From Squalus acanthias (Eukaryota): a DNA stretch of 64,000 nt. Position 1 is the stretch's first letter. Each line of letters opens with the position of its first letter. The position numbers and the translations under genes were made by a program. Under the pieces are notes generated by a model. The model was not told the origin of the DNA and did no database searches. It saw nothing but the letters and a program-made list of their open reading frames with translations. Below, piece after piece: positions 10,723 to 29,000 of the stretch. Location: assembly GCA_030390025.1 (NCBI GenBank), contig CM059433.1, forward strand, positions 32,924,001 through 32,988,000. Reading direction: 5' to 3'.

Positions 10723-13700
10723 GAATCAGAGAATCAATCACATTATTATTCACAGGTAAATCTTAGAATCATTCACATGATCAATCACAGGATCTATCAT
10801 AGAAACAATCAAATGAACAATCACCAGATCAATCATAGAATTAATCCCATGATCAATCACAGGATCAATCATACAATCAATCGTAGAATCAATCACATGA
10901 TCTATCACAGGATCAGTCATGGAATCAATCACAGGATCAATCATATAATCAATCACAGGATCAAGCATAGAATCAATCACAGGATCAATCATAGAGTCAA
11001 TCATAGAATCAATCACATGATCAATCACAGGATCAATCATAGAATCAATCACATTATCAATCACAGCATCAATCATGGAATCAGTCACATGATCAATCAC
11101 AGGATCTATCATAGAATCAATAAAATAATCAATCATAAGATCAGTCACAGAATCAATCACAAGATGAATCATAGAATCAATCCGATGATCAATCATATAA
11201 TCAACCACATGATGAAGCACAGAATCAATCATAGAATCAATCATAGAATCAAACACAGGATCAATCATAGAATCAATCACATGATCAATCACAGGATCAA
11301 TCATAGAATCAATCCGAGGATCAATCACATGATCAATCATAGGCTCAAACATAGAAGGAATCACATGATCAATCACAGGATCTATCATAGAATCAGTCAC
11401 ATGATCAGTTACACAATAAAACATAGAATCAATCATATGATCAATCACAGGATCGATCATAGAATCAAACAAAGGTCAATCATAGAATCAATCACATGAT
11501 CAATCATATAATCAATCACATGATCAATCACAGGATCAATCACAAGATCAATCATGGGACCATCACATGGTCAATCATATAATCAATCTCATGATCAATC
11601 ACAGGATCAATCATATAATCAATCACATGATCAATCACCAGATCAATCATAGGATCAGTCACATGATCAATCACTCAATCAATCGTAGAATCAATCACAT
11701 GATCAATCATAGAATCAATCCCAGGATCAATCATAGAATCAATCACATGATCTATCATAGAACCAATCATAGGATCAATCACAGAATCAATTATACAATA
11801 AATCAAATGTTCAGTCACAGGATCAATCATAGAATCAATCACATGATGAATCAGAGGAACAATCATAAAATCAATCATAGAATCAATCAAAGGATTAATT
11901 ATATAATCAATCACACGATCAATAATGTAATCAATCACAGGATCAAGCATAGAATCAATCACAGGATCAATCATATAATCAATCATAGAATCAATAACAT
12001 GATCAATCATAGAATCATTCACATTATCAATCACAGGATCAATCATAGAATCAGTCACATGATCAATCACAGGATCTATCATAGAATCAATAAAATAATC
12101 AATCATAAGATCATTCATACAATCAATCACTAATCAATCAAAGAATCAATCACATGATAAATCACAGGATCCATCATAGAATCAATCACCTGATCTGTCA
12201 TAGAATCAATCACAGGATCAATCATCGGATCAATCACAGGATCAATCATATGATCAATCATAGAATCAATCACATGATAAATCATAGAATCAATCATAGA
12301 ATAAATCACATTATCAATCACATGATCAGTCATAGAATCAATCACATGATCAATCATAGAATCCATCATATGATCAATCATAGAATCAATCACAGACTCA
12401 AGCATAGAATCAATCACATGATCAATCATTGAATCAATCATAGAATCAATCATAGCATCAATCTTAGAATCAATCACATGATCAATCACAGCATCAATCA
12501 CATGATCAATCATAGAATCAATCACATGATCAATCATAAAATCAATCACATGATCAATGATAGATTCAATCACATAATCAATCATAGAATCAATCACAGC
12601 ATCAATCATAGAATCAACCACATTATCAATCATAGAATCAATCACATAATCAATCATAGAATCAATCACAAGATAAATCATAGAATCAATCAGATGTTCA
12701 ATCATTGAATCAATCACATGATCAATCGTAGGAACAATCACAGGATTAATCATAGAATCAGTCACATGATCTATGATAGAATGAATTACTGGATAAATCA
12801 TAGAATCAATCACAGGATCAATCATGGAATCAGTCATTGAATCAATCATAGAATCAATCACAGGATCAATCACATGATCAATCACAGGATGAATCATTGA
12901 ATAGATCACATGATCAATCACAGGATCAATCATGCAATCATTCACATGATCAATCATAGAATCAATGACAGGATCAATCCTGGAATCAAACATTGAATCA
13001 ATCACATGATCAATCTTGGAATCAAGCATTGAATGAATCATCGAATCAATCATAGGATTAATCATAGAATCAATCACAGGAACATTCATAGAATCAATCA
13101 CATGATCATCATATGATCAATCGTAGGAACAATCACAGGATCAATCATAGAATCAGTCACATGATCTATGATAGAATGAATTACAGGATAAATCATAGAA
13201 TCAATCACAGGATCAATCATGGAATCAGTCATTGAACCAATCATAGGATCACTCACATGATCAACCACAGGATCATCATAAAATCTAACAGAAAATCAAT
13301 AACAGGAGCCATCATATAATCAATCACATGATCAATCACAGGAACAACCAAAGAATCAATCAAAGGAACAATCATAGAATCAATCACATGATCAATCAAA
13401 GAATGAATCACATGATCTGACACAGAATCAATCAGAGGATCAATGATAGAATCAATCAGATGATCAAACACAGAATCAATCACATGATCAATCACATGAT
13501 CAATCATAGAATCAGTCAAATGATCAATCATAGAATCAATCACAGGATCAATCACAGAATGAATCACATGATCTGACATAGAATCAATCAGAGGATCAAT
13601 CATAGAATCAATCAGAGGATCAATCATAGAATAAATCAGATGATCAATCATAGATTCAATCAGATGATCAATCATAGAATCAATCACATGATCAATCACA

Positions 13701-16700
13701 GGAACAACCAAAGAATCAATCAAAGGAACAATCATAGAATCAATCACATGATCAATCACATGATCAATCATCGAATCAATCACAGGATCAATCACATGAT
13801 CAATCATCGAATCAATCACATGATAAATCATAGAATCAATCATATAATGAATCACATGATCAATCACATGATCAATCATTGAATCCGTCACATGATCAAT
13901 CATAGAATCAATCACAGGATCAATCACAGAATGAATCACATGATCTGACATAGAATCAATAAGAGGATCAATCATAGAATCAATCAGATGATCAATCATA
14001 GAATCAATCAGATGATCAAACATAGAATCAATCACATGATCAATCATAGAATCAATCACATGATCAATCATAGAATCAATCACAGGATCAATCATAGAAT
14101 CAATCACAGGCTCAAGCATAGAATCAATCACATGATCAATCATTGAATCAATCATATAATCAATCACAAGATCAATCATAGAATCAATCACATGATCAAT
14201 CATAGAATCAATCACTGATCAATCATACAATTAATCACATGATCAATCATAGAATCAATCACAGGATCAATCTTAGAATCAATCACTTGATCAATCGTAG
14301 AATTAATCACAGGATCAATGATAGAATCAGTCACATGATCTGTCATAGAATCAATCACAGGATCAATCATAGAATCAATCAGATGATCAATCATAGAATC
14401 AATCACATGATCATCACAGGATCAATCACAGGAACCATCAATGAAACAATCATAGAATCAATCACAGGATCAAGGAAGGATCAATCATAGAATCAGTAAG
14501 ATGAACAATCACAGGATCAATCATAGAATAAATCAAATTATCTATCATAGAATCTTCTCATAGAATCAATAATATGATCTGTCACAGGATCACTCACAGG
14601 ATCAATCACAGGTTCATCATAAAATCGAACAGAAAATAAATCGCAGGAGCAATCATAGAATCAATCACATGATCAATCACAGGATCAATCATGGAATCAA
14701 TCACAGGATCAATCACAGGATCAATCATGGAATCAATCACAGGATCAATCATAGAATCAATCACAGGCTCCAGCACAGAATCAATCACAGGATCAAGCAT
14801 AGAATCATTCACAGGATCAATCATAGAATCAGTCATAGAATCAATAACATGATCAATCATAGAATCAATCACATGATCAATCAGAAGATCAATCATAGAA
14901 TCAATCACATTATCAATCTCAGGATCAATCATAGAATCATTCAGATGATCATTCACAGGATCTATCATAGAATCGATCACATGATCAATCAGCAGATCAA
15001 TCATAGAATTAATCACATGATCATTCACAGGAAGTATCATAGGATCAATCACATGATCAATCACACAATCAATCGTAGAATCAATCACATGATCAATCAT
15101 AGAATCAATCCCAGGATCAATCATAGATTCAATCACATGATCTATCATAGAACCAATCATTGTATCAATCATAGAATCAATCACATTATCAATCACAGGA
15201 TCTATCATAGAATCAATAAAATAATCAATCATATGATCAGTCATAGAATCAAGCACAAGATCAAGCATAGAATCAATCACATGTCCAATCATATAATCAT
15301 CCACATGATCAAGCACAGGATCAATCTTAGAACCAATCATAGAATCAAACACAGGATCAATCATAGAATCAATCACATGATCAATCATAGAATCAATCAC
15401 ATGATCAATCACAGGATCAATCATAGAATCAATCACATGATCTGCCATAGAATAAATCACAGGATCAAGCATAGAATCAATCACAGGATCAAGCATAGAA
15501 TCAATCACATGATCAATCATAGAAACAATCATATAATCAATCACATGACCAATCATATAATCAACCACATGATCATGCACAGGATCAATCATAGAATCAA
15601 TCACATGGTCAATCACAGGATCAATCAGAGAATCAATCACATAATCAATCACAGGATCTATCATAGAAACAATCACATAATCAATCACAAGATCAATCAT
15701 GGGACCATCATAGGATCAATCATATAATCAATCTCATGATCAATCACAGGATCTATCATAGAATCGATCACATGATCAAGCAGCAGATCAATCATAGAAT
15801 TAATCACATGATCATTCACAGGACGTATCATAGGATCAATCACATGATCAATCACACAATCAATCGGAGAATCAATCACATGATCAATCATAGAATCAAT
15901 CCCAGGATCAGTCATAGATTCAATCACATGATATATCATAAAACCAATCAATGAAACAATCATAGAATCAATCACAGGATCAAGGAAGGATCAATCATAG
16001 AATCAGTAAGATGAACAATCACAGGATCAATCATAGAATAAATCAAATTATCTATCATAGAATCTTCTCATTGAATCAATAATATGATCTGTCACAGGAT
16101 CACTCACAGGATCAATCACAGGATCATCATAAAATCTAACAGAAAATAAATCACAGGAGCAATCATTGAATCATTCAGATGATCAATCACAGAATCAATC
16201 AAATGATCAAACATAGAATCAATCACATGATCAATCACAGGATCAATCAGAGAATCAATCACATTATCAATCACAGGATATAAAATAGATTGATTCACAT
16301 AATCAATCACAGGCTCTATCAAAGAAACAATCACATGATCAATCACAAGATCAATCATAGAATCATCACAGGTTCATTCATAGAATCAATCACAATCTCA
16401 ATCATAGAATCAATCAGATAATCAATCATAGAATCAAACACAGGATCAATCACATGATCAATCATAGGCTCAAACATAGAAGGAATCACATGATCAATCA
16501 CAGGGTCAATCATAGAATCAATCACATGATCAGTTACACAATGAAACATAGAATCAATCATATGATCAATCACAGGATCAATCATAGAATCAAACACAGG
16601 ATCAATCATAGAATCAATCACATGATCAATCACAGGAACAATCACAAGATCAATCATGGGACCATCACAGGATCAATCAAATGATCAATCTCATGATCAA

Positions 16701-19096
16701 TCACAGGATCAATCATATAATCAATCACATGATCAATCACCAGATCAATCATAGAATCAATCACATGATCAATCACAGGATGTATCATAGGATCAATCAC
16801 ATGATCAATCACAGAAACAATCATAGAATCAATCGCATGATCAATTACACAATCAACATAGAATCAATCACATGATCAATCACAGGATCAATCATAGAAT
16901 GAATCATATTATCAAACACAGGATCAATAATAGAATCAGTCACATGATCAATCACAGGATCTATCATAGAATCAATAAAATAATCAATCATAAGATCAGT
17001 CACAGAATCAATCACAAGATCAATCATGGGACCAATAGAGGATCAATCATATCATCATTCTCATGATCAATCACAGGATCAATCTTAGAATCGATCACAT
17101 GATCAATCAACAGATCAAACATAGAATCAATCACATGATCAATCAGAGGAACGTTCAGAAAATCAATCATAGAATCAATCAAAGAATTAATTATATAATC
17201 AATCACAGGATCAATCATGGAATCAATCACAGGCTCAAGCACAGAATCAATCACAGGATCAAGCATAGAATCATTCACAGAATCAATCATAGAATCAGTC
17301 ATAGAATCAATAACATGATCAATCATAGAATCAATCACATGATCAATCACAAGATCAATCATAGAATCAATCACATTATCAATCTCAGGATCAATCATAG
17401 AATCATTCAGATGATCATTCACAGGATCTATCATAGAATCAATCACATGATCAATCAGCAGATAAATCAGAGAATCAATCACATTATCAATCAGCAGATC
17501 AATCATAGAATTAATCACATAATCATTCACAGGAAGTATCATAGGATCAATCACATGATCAATCACTCAATCAATCGTAGAATCAATGACATGATCAATC
17601 ATAGAATCAATCCCAGGATCAATCATAGATTCAATCACATGATCTATCATAGAACCAATCATTGTATCAATCATAGAATCAATCACATTATCAATCACAG
17701 GATCAATCATAGCATCATTCAGATGATCATTCATAGGATCTATCATAGAATCAATAAAATAATCAATCATATGATCAGTCATAGAATCAAGCACAAGATC
17801 AAGCATAGAATCAATCACATGTCCAATCATATAATCATCCACATGATCAAGCACAGGATCAATCTTAGAACCAATCATAGAATCAAACACAGGATCAATC
17901 ATAGATTCAATCACATGATCTATCATAGAACCAATCATTGTATCAATCATAGAATCAATCACATTATCAATCACAGGATCAATCATAGCATCATTCAGAT
18001 GATCATTCATAGGATCTATCATAGAATCAATAAAATAATCAATCATATGATCAGTCATAGAATCAAGCACAAGATCAAGCATAGAATCAATCACATGTCC
18101 AATCATATAATCATCCACATGATCAAGCACAGGATCAATCTTAGAACCAATCATAGAATCAAACACAGGATCAATCATAGAATCAATCACATGATCAATC
18201 ATAGAATCAATCACATGATCAATTACAGGATCAATCATAGAATCAATCACATGATCTGCCATAGAATAAATCACAGGATCAAGCATAGAATCAATCACAG
18301 GATCAAGCATAGAATCAATCACATGATCTATCATAGAAACAATCATATAATCAATCACATGACCAATCATATAATCAACCACATGATCATGCACAGGATC
18401 AATCATAGAATCAATCACATGGTCAATCACAGGATCAATCAGAGAATCAATCACATAATCAATCACAGGATCTATCATAGAAACAATCACATAATCAATC
18501 ACAAGATCAATCATGGGACCATCATAGGATCAATCATATAATCAATCTCATGATCAAGCACAGGATCAATCTTAGAACCAATCATAGAATCAAACACAGG
18601 ATCAATCATAGAATCAATCACATGATCAATCATAGAATCGATCACATGATCAAGCAGCAGATCAATCATAGAATTAATCACATGATCATTCACAGGACAT
18701 ATCATAGGATCAATCACATGATCAATCACACAATCAATCGTAGAATCAATCACATGATCAATCATAGAATCAATCCCAGGATCAGTCATAGATTCAATCA
18801 CATGATCTATCATAGAAACAATCATTGTATCAATCATATAATCAATCACATGATCAATCACAGGATCTATCATAGAATCAATAAAATAATCAATCATAAG
18901 ATCAGTCATAGAATCAATCACAAGATCAATCATAGAATCAATCACATGACCAATCATATAATCAATCACATGATCAAGCACAGGATCAATCATAGAATCA
19001 ATCATAGAATCAAACACAGGATCAATCATAGGATCAATCACATGATCAATCATAGAATCAATCACATGATCAATCACAGGATCAATCATAGAATCA

Positions 19097-20030
19097 ATAA
19101 AATAATCAATCATAAGATCAGTCATAGAATCAATCACAAGATCAATCATAGAATCAATCACATGACCAATCATATAATCAATCACATGATCAAGCACAGG
19201 ATCAATCATAGAATCAATCATAGAATCAAACACAGGATCAATCATAGGATCAATCACATGATCAATCATAGAATCAATCACATGATCAATCACAGGATCA
19301 ATCATAGAATCAATCACATGATCTGTCATAGAATCAATCACAGGATCAAGCATAGAATCAATCACAGGATCAAGCATAGAATCAAGCACAGGATCAAGCA
19401 CAGGATCAATCATAGAATCAATCATAGAATCAATCACATGATCAATCACAGGTTCAAACATAGAATCAATCAGATTATCAATCACAGGATCAATCATAGA
19501 ATCAGTCACATAATCAATCACAGGATCTATCATAGAATCAATAAAATAATCAATCATAAGATCAGTCATAGAATCAATCACAAGATCAATCATAGAATCA
19601 ATCACATGACCAATCATATAATCAATCACATGATCAAGCACAGGATCAATCATAGAATCAATCATAGAATCAAACACAGGATCAATCATAGGATCAATCA
19701 CATGATCAATCATAGAATCAATCACATGATCAATCACAGGATCAATCATAGAATCAATCACATGATCTGTCATAGAATCAATCACAGGATCAAGCATAGA
19801 ATCAATCACAGGATCAAGCATAGAATCAAGCACAGGATCAAGCACAGGATCAATCATAGAATCAATCATAGTTTCAATCACATGATCAATCACAGGTTCA
19901 AACATAGAATCAATCAGATTATCAATCACAGGATCAATCATAGAATCAGTCACATAATCAATCACAGGATCTATCATAGAATCAATAAAATAATCAATCA
20001 TAAGATCAGTCATAGAATCAATCACAAGAT
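19097..20030. repeat. Local 444-bp (37-monomer) tandem duplication, preceded by a 216-bp one
   Basis: Marker ATAAAATAAT at 18881, 19097, 19541, 19985. The block ATCTGTCATAG...AAGCACAGGATCAAGCACAGG occurs at 19321 and 19765. Confidence 0.8.
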
Positions 20031-23000
20031 CAATCATAGAATCATTCATAGAATCAAACACAGGCTCAATCATAGAATCAATCACATGATCAATCATAGA
20101 ATCAATCACATGATCAAACACAGGATCAATCATAGAATCAATCCCAGTATCAATCAAGGTATCAATCACATGGTCAATCACAGGATCAATCAGAGAATCA
20201 ATCACCATATTAATCACAGGCAAATCATAGAATCATTCTCATAATCAATCACAAGATCAATCATGGGACCAACATAGGATCAATCATATCATCAATCTCA
20301 TTATCAATCACAGGATCAATCATAGAATCGATCACATGATGAATCAACAGAACAAACATAGAATTAATCACATGATCATTCACAGGACGTATCATAGGAT
20401 CAATCACATGATCAATCACACAATCAATCGTAGAATCAATCACATGATCAATCAGAGGAACATTCATAAAATCGATCATAGAATCAATCAAAGGATTAAT
20501 TATATAATCAATCCCAGGATCAATCATGGAATCAATCACAGGATCAATCACAGGATCAATCACAGAATCAATCACAGGATCAAGCACAGAATCAATCACA
20601 GGATCAAGCATAGAATCATTCACAGGATCAATCATAGAATCAGTCATAGAATCAATAACATGATCAATCATAGAATCAATCACATGATCAATCACAAGAT
20701 CAATCATAGAATCAATCACATTATCAATCACAGGATCAATCATAGAATCATTCAGATGATCATTCACAGGATCTATCATAGAATCGATCACATGATCAAT
20801 CATCAGATCAATCATAGAATCAGTCACATGATCAATCACAGGATCTATCATAGAATCAATAAAATAATCAATCATAAGATCAGTCATAGAATCAATCACA
20901 AGATCAATCATAGAATCAATCACATGACCAATCATATAATCAACCACATGATCATGCACAGGATCAATCATAGAATCAGTCATAGAATCAAACACAGGCT
21001 CAATTATAGAATCAATCACATGATCAATCATAGAATCAATCACATGATCAATCACAGGATCACTCATAGAATCTATCCCAGTATCAATCATGGTATCAAT
21101 CACATGGTCAATCACAGGATCAATCAGAGAATCAATCACCTTATTAATCACAGGCAAATCATTGAATCATTCACATAATCAATCACAAGATCAATCATGG
21201 GACCAACATAGGATCAATCATATCATCAATCTCATGATCAATCACAGGATCAATCATAGAATCAATCACATGTTCTACGTAGAATCAATCACATGATCAA
21301 TGATAGAATCAGTCACATGATCTGTCACAGAATCAATCACAGGATCAATCAACAGAACAAACATAGAATTAATCACATGATCATTCACAGGACGTATCAT
21401 AGGATCAATCACATGATCAATCACACAATCAATCGTAGAATCAATCACATGATCAATCAGAGGAACATTCATAAAATCGATCATAGAATCAATCAAAGGA
21501 TTAATTATATAATCAATCCCAGGATCAATCATGGAATCAATCACAGGATCAATCACAGGATCAATCATAGAATCAATCACAGGATCAAGCACAGAATCAA
21601 TCACAGGATCAAGCATAGAATCATTCACAGGATCAATCATAGAATCAGTCATAGAATCAATAACATGATCAATCATAGAATTAATCACATGATCAATCAC
21701 AAGATCAATCATAGAATCAATCACATTATCAATCACAGGATCAATCATAGAATCATTCAGATGATCATTCACAGGATCTATCATAGAATCGATCACATGA
21801 TCAATCATCAGATCAATCATAGAATCAGTCACATGATCAATCACAGGATCTATCATAGAATCAATAAAATAATCAATCATAAGATCAGTCATAGAATCAA
21901 TCACAAGATCAATCATAGAATCAATCACATGACCAATCATATAATCAACCACATGATCATGCACAGGATCAATCATAGAATCAGTCATAGAATCAAACAC
22001 AGGCTCAATTATAGAATCAATCACATGGTCAATCACAGGATCAATCAGAGAATCAATAACATTATTAATCACAGGAAAATCATAGAATCATTCACATAAT
22101 CAATCACAGGATCTATCATAGAAACAATCACATAATCAATCACAAGATCAATCATGGGACCATCATAGGATCAATCATATCATCAATCTCATGATCAATC
22201 ACAGGATCAATCATAGAATCGATCACATGATCAATCAACAGAACAAACATAGAATTAATCACATGATCATTCACAGGACGTATCATAGGATCAATCACAT
22301 GATCAATCACACAATCAATCGTAGAATCAATCACATGATCAATCAGAGGAACATTCATAAAATCGATCATAGAATCAATCAAAGGATTAATTATATAATC
22401 AATCCCAGGATCAATCATGGAATCAATCACAGGATCAATCACAGGATCAATCACAGAATCAATCACAGGATAAAGCACAGAATCAATCACAGGATCAAGC
22501 ATAGAATCATTCACAGGATCAATCATAGAATCAGTCATAGAATCAAAAACATGATCAATCATAGAATCGATCACATGATCAATCAGCAGATCAATCATAG
22601 AATTAATCACATGATCATTCACAGGAAGTATCATAGGATCAATCACATGAGCAATCACACAATCAATCGTAGAATCAATCACATGATCAATCATAGAATC
22701 AATCCCAGGATCAATCATACATTCAATCACATGATCTATCATAGAACCAATCATTGTATCAATCATAGAATCAATCACATTATCAATCACAGGATCAATC
22801 ATAGAATCATTCAGATGATCATTCACAGGATCTATCATAGAATCAATAAAATAATCAATCATATGATCAGTCATAGAATCAAGCACAAGATCAAGCATAG
22901 AATCAATCACATGTCCAATCATATAATCAACCACATGATCAAGCACAGGATCAATCATAGAATCAATCATAGAATCAAACACAGGATCAATCATAGAATC

Positions 23001-26000
23001 AATCACATGATCAATCATAGAATCAATCACTTGATCAATCACAGGATCAATCATAGAATCAATCACATGATCTGCCATAGAATAAATCACAGGATCAAGC
23101 ATAGAATCAATCACAGGATCAAGCATAGAATCAATCACATGATCAATCATAGAATCAATCATAGAATCAATCACATGACCAATCATATAATCAACCACAT
23201 GATCATGCAAAGGATCAATCATAGAATCAATCATAGAATCAAGCACAGGAGCAATCATAGAATCAATCACATGGTCAATCACAGGATCAATCAGAGAATC
23301 AATCACATTATTAATCACAGGCAAATCATAGAATCATTCACATAATCTATCACAGGATCTATCATAGAAACAATCACATAATCAATCACAAGATCAATCA
23401 TGGGACCATCATAGGATCAATCATATAATCAATCTCATGATCAATCACAGGATCAATCATAGAATCGATCACATGATCAATCAGCAGATCAATCATAGAA
23501 TTAATCACATGATCAATCACAGGAAGTATCATAGGATCAATCACATGTTCAATCACACAATCAATCGTAGAATCAATCACATGATCAATCATAGAATCTA
23601 TCCCAGGTTCAATCATAGATTCAATCACATGATCTATCATAGAACCAATCATTGTATCAATCATAGAATCAATCACATTATCAATCACATGATCTGTCAT
23701 AGAATCAGTCACAGGATCAATCACATGATCAATCATAGGCTCAAACATAGAAGGAATCACATGATCAATCACAGGGTCTATCATAGAATCAATCACATAA
23801 TCAGTTACACAATCAAACATAGAATCAATCACATGATCAATCACAGGATCAATCAGAGAATCAATCACATTATCAATCAGCAGATCAATCATAGAATTAA
23901 TCACATGATCATTCATAGGAAGTATCATAGGATCAATCACATGATCAATCACACAATCAATCGTAGAATCAATCACATGATCAATTATAGAATCAATCCC
24001 AGGATCAATCATAGATTCAATCACATGATCTATCATAGAACCAATCATTGTATCAATCATAGAATCAATCACATTATCAATCACAGGATCTATCATAGAA
24101 TCAATAAAATAATCAATCATAAGATGAGTCATAGAATCAAGCCAAGATCAAGCATAGAATCAATCACATGTCCAATCATATAATCAACAACATGATCAAG
24201 CACAGGACCAATCATAGAATCAATCATAGAATCAATCACAGGATCAATCATAGAATCAATCACATGATCAATCATAGAATCAATCACATGATCAATCACA
24301 GGATCAATCATAGAATCAATCACATGATCTGTCATAGAATCAATCACAGGATCAAGCATGGAATCAATCACAGGATCAAGCATAGAATCAATCACAGGAT
24401 CAATCATAGAATCAAGCAGAGAATCAATCGCATGACCAATCATATAATCAGCCACATGATCAAGCACAGGATCAATCATAGAATCAATCATAGAATCAAT
24501 CATAGAATCAAACACAGGATCAATCATAGAATCAATCACATGATCAATCATAGAATCAATCACATGATCAATCATAGAATCAATCACATGATCAATCACA
24601 GGATCAATCATAGAATCAATCACATGATCTGTTATAGAATCAATCATAGATCAAGCATCGAGTCAATCACAGGATCAAGCATAGAATCAATCACAGGTTC
24701 AATCATAGAATCAATCATAGAATCAATAACACGATCAATCATAGAATCAATCATATGATCTATCACAGGATCAAACATAGAATCAATCACATTATCAATC
24801 ATAGGATCAATCATAGAATCAGTCACATGATCAATCACAGGATCTATCATAGAATCAATAAAATAATCAATCATAGAATCAATCACAAGATCAATCATAG
24901 AATCAATCACATGACCAATCATATAATCAACCACATGATCATGCAAAGGATCAATCATAGAATCAATCATAGAATCAAACACAGGAGCAATCATATAATC
25001 AATCACATGGTCAATCACAGGATCAATCAGAGAATCAATCACATTATTAATCACAGGCAAATCATAGAATCATTCACATAATCTATCACAGGATCTATCA
25101 TAGAAACAATCACATAATCAATCACAAGATCAATCATGGGACCATCATAGGATCAATCATATAATCAATCTCATGATCAATCACAGGATCAAACATAGAA
25201 TCGATCATATGATCAATCAGCAGATCAATCATAGAATTAATCGCATGATCATTCACAGGAAGTATCATAGGTTCAATCACATGATCAATCACACAATCAA
25301 TCGTAGAATCAATCACATGATCAATCATAGAATCTATCCCAGGATCAATCATAGATTCAATCACATGCTTTATCATAGAACCAATCATAGCGTCAATCAC
25401 AGAATCAATTATACAATAAAACAAAAATTCAGTCACAGGATCAATCATAGATTCAATCAAATGATCAATCAGAGGAACAATCATAAAATCAATCATAGAA
25501 TCAATCAAAGGATTAATTATATAATCAATCCCAGGATCAATCATGCAGTGAATCACAGGATCAATCACAGGATCAATCATGGAATCAATCACACGATCAA
25601 GCATAGAATCAATCACAGGATCAAGCATAGAATCAATCACAGGATCAAGCATAGAATCAATCACAGGATCAAGCATAGAATCAATCACAGGTTCAAGCAT
25701 AGAATCAATCACAGGATCAATCATAGAATCAATCATAGAATCAATAACTTGATCAATCATAGAATCAATCACATGATCAATCACAAGTTCAATCATAGCA
25801 TCAGTCACATGATCAATCACAGGATCTATCATAGAATCAATAAAGTAATCAATCATAAGATCAGTCATAGAATCAATCACAAGATTAATCATAGAATCAA
25901 TCACATGACCAATTATATAATCAACCACATGATCTAGCACAGGATCATAATCGAATCAATCATGGAATCAATCACATGATCAATCATAGAATCAATCACA

Positions 26001-29000
26001 TGATCAATCATATAATCAATCACATGATCAATCACAGGATCAATCACTGAATCAATCACATGATCTGTCATAGAATCAGTCACAGGATCAATCACATGAT
26101 CAATCATAGGCTCAAACATAGAAGGAATCACATGATCAATCACAGGGTCTATCATAGAATCAATCACATGATCAATCACAGAATCAATCAGATGATCAAT
26201 CATTTAATCAATCATATAATCAAACATAGAATCAATCACAGCATCAATCACATGATCAATCATAGAATCAATCACAAGATCAATCACAGAATCAATCACA
26301 TGATCAATCATAGAATCAATCACATGATTAATCATAGAATAAATGACATGATCAAGCATAGATTCAATCACATGATCAATCATAGAATCAATCACCGGAT
26401 CAAGCATAGAATCAATAACATGATCAATCATAGAATCAATCACATGATCAATCACAGAATCAATCACATGATCAATCATTGAATCAATCACATGATCAAA
26501 CATAGCATCAATTACTGGAACAATCATAGAAGCATTCACATTATCTATGATAGAATGAATTATTGGATAAATCTTAGAATCAATCTCATGATCTATCATA
26601 GAATGAATAACATGATCAATCACAGAATCAATCACAGGATCAATCATAGAATTCATCAGATGATCTTTCATAGAATCAATCACATGATCAATCATGGAAC
26701 AAACACAGGATCAATCAGAGAATCAATCCCATGATCAATCATAGAATCAATCACATGATCAATCATAGAATCAATCACATGATCGATCATAGAATCAGTC
26801 ACGTGATCTATCATAGAATCAATCACATGATCAAACATAGAATCAATCACATGATCTACGTAGAATCAATCACATGATCAATGATAGAATCAGTCACATG
26901 ATCTGTCACAGAATCAATCACAGGATCAATCAACAGAACAAACATAGAATTAATCACATGATCATTCACAGGACGTATCATAGGATCAATCACATGATCA
27001 ATCACACAATCAATCGTAGAATCAATCACATGATCAATCAGAGGAACATTCATAAAATCGATCATAGAATCAATCAAGGGATTAATTATATAATCAATCC
27101 CAGGATCAATCATGGAATCAATCACAGGATCAATCACAGGATCAATCATAGAATCAATCACAGGTTCATGCACAGAATCAATCACAGGATCAAGCATAGA
27201 ATCATTCACAGGATCAATCATAGAATCAGTCATAGAATCAATAACATGATCAATCATAGAATCAATCACATGATCAATCACAAGATCAATCATAGAATCA
27301 GTCACATGATCAATCACAGGATCTATCATAGAATCAATAAAATAATCAATCATAAGATCGGTCATAGAATCAATCACAAGATCAATCATAGAATCAATCA
27401 CATGACCAATCATATAATCAACCACATGATCATGCACAGGATCAATCATAGAATCAATCATAGAATCAAACACAGGCTCAATTATAGAATCAATCACATG
27501 ATCAATCATAGAATCAATCACATGATCAATCACAGGATCACTCATAGAATCTATCCCAGTATCAATCATGGTATCAATCACATGGTCAATCACAGGATCA
27601 ATCAGAGAATCAATCACGTTAATAATCACAGGCAAATCATTGAATCATTCACATAATCAATCACAAGATCAATCATGGGACCAACATAGGATCAATCATA
27701 TCATCAATCTCATGATCAATCACAGGATCAATCATAGAATCGATCACATGATCAATCAACAGAACAAACATAGAATTAATCACATGATCATTCACATGAC
27801 GTATCAAAGGATCAATCACATGATCAATCACACAATCAATCGTAGAATCAATCACATGATCAATCAGAGGAACATTCATAAAATCGATCATAGAATCAAT
27901 CAAAGGATTAATTATATAATCAATCCCAGGATCAATCATGGAATCAATCACAGGATCAATCACAGGATCAATCATAGAATCAATCACAGGATCAAGCACA
28001 GAATCAATCACAGGATCAAGCATAGAATCATTCACAGGATCAATCATAGAATCAGTCATAGAATCAATAACATGATCAATCATAGAATCAATCACATGAT
28101 CAATCACAAGATCAATCATAGAATCAATCACATTATCAATCACAGGATCAATCATAGAATCATTCAGATGATCATTCACAGGATCTATCATAGAATCGAT
28201 CACATGATCAATCAGCAGATCAATCATAGAATTAATCACATGATCATTCACAGGAAGTATCATAGGATCAATCACATGATCAATCACACAATCAATCATA
28301 GAATCAATCACATGACCAATTATATAATCAACCACATGATCTAGCACAGGATCATAATCGAATCAATCATGGAATCAATCACATGATCAATCATAGAATC
28401 AATCACATGATCAATCATATAATCAATCACATGATCAATCACAGGATCAATCACAGAATCAATCACATGATCTGTCATAGAATCAGTCACAGGATCAATC
28501 ACATGATCAATCATAGGCTCAAACATAGAAGGAATCACAAGATCAATCACAGGGTCTATCATAGAATCAATCACATGATCAATCACAGAATCAATCAGAT
28601 GATCAATCATTTAATCAATCATATAATCAAACATAGAATCAATCACAGCATCAATCACATGATCAATCATAGAATCAATCACAAGATCAATCACAGAATC
28701 AATCACATGATCAATCATAGAATCAATCACATGATTAATCATAGAATAAATGACATGATCAAGCATAGATTCAATCACAAGATTAATCATAGAATCAGTC
28801 ACATGTTCAATTATAGAATCTATCACAGGATCAATCACAGAATCAGTCACATGAACTGACCTAGAATCAATCAGGGGATCAATCATAGAATCAATCAGAT
28901 GATCAATCATTGAATCAATCACATGATCAATCATAGAATCAATCACAGGATCAATCATAGAATCAATAACATGAACAATCATAGAATCAATCACATGATC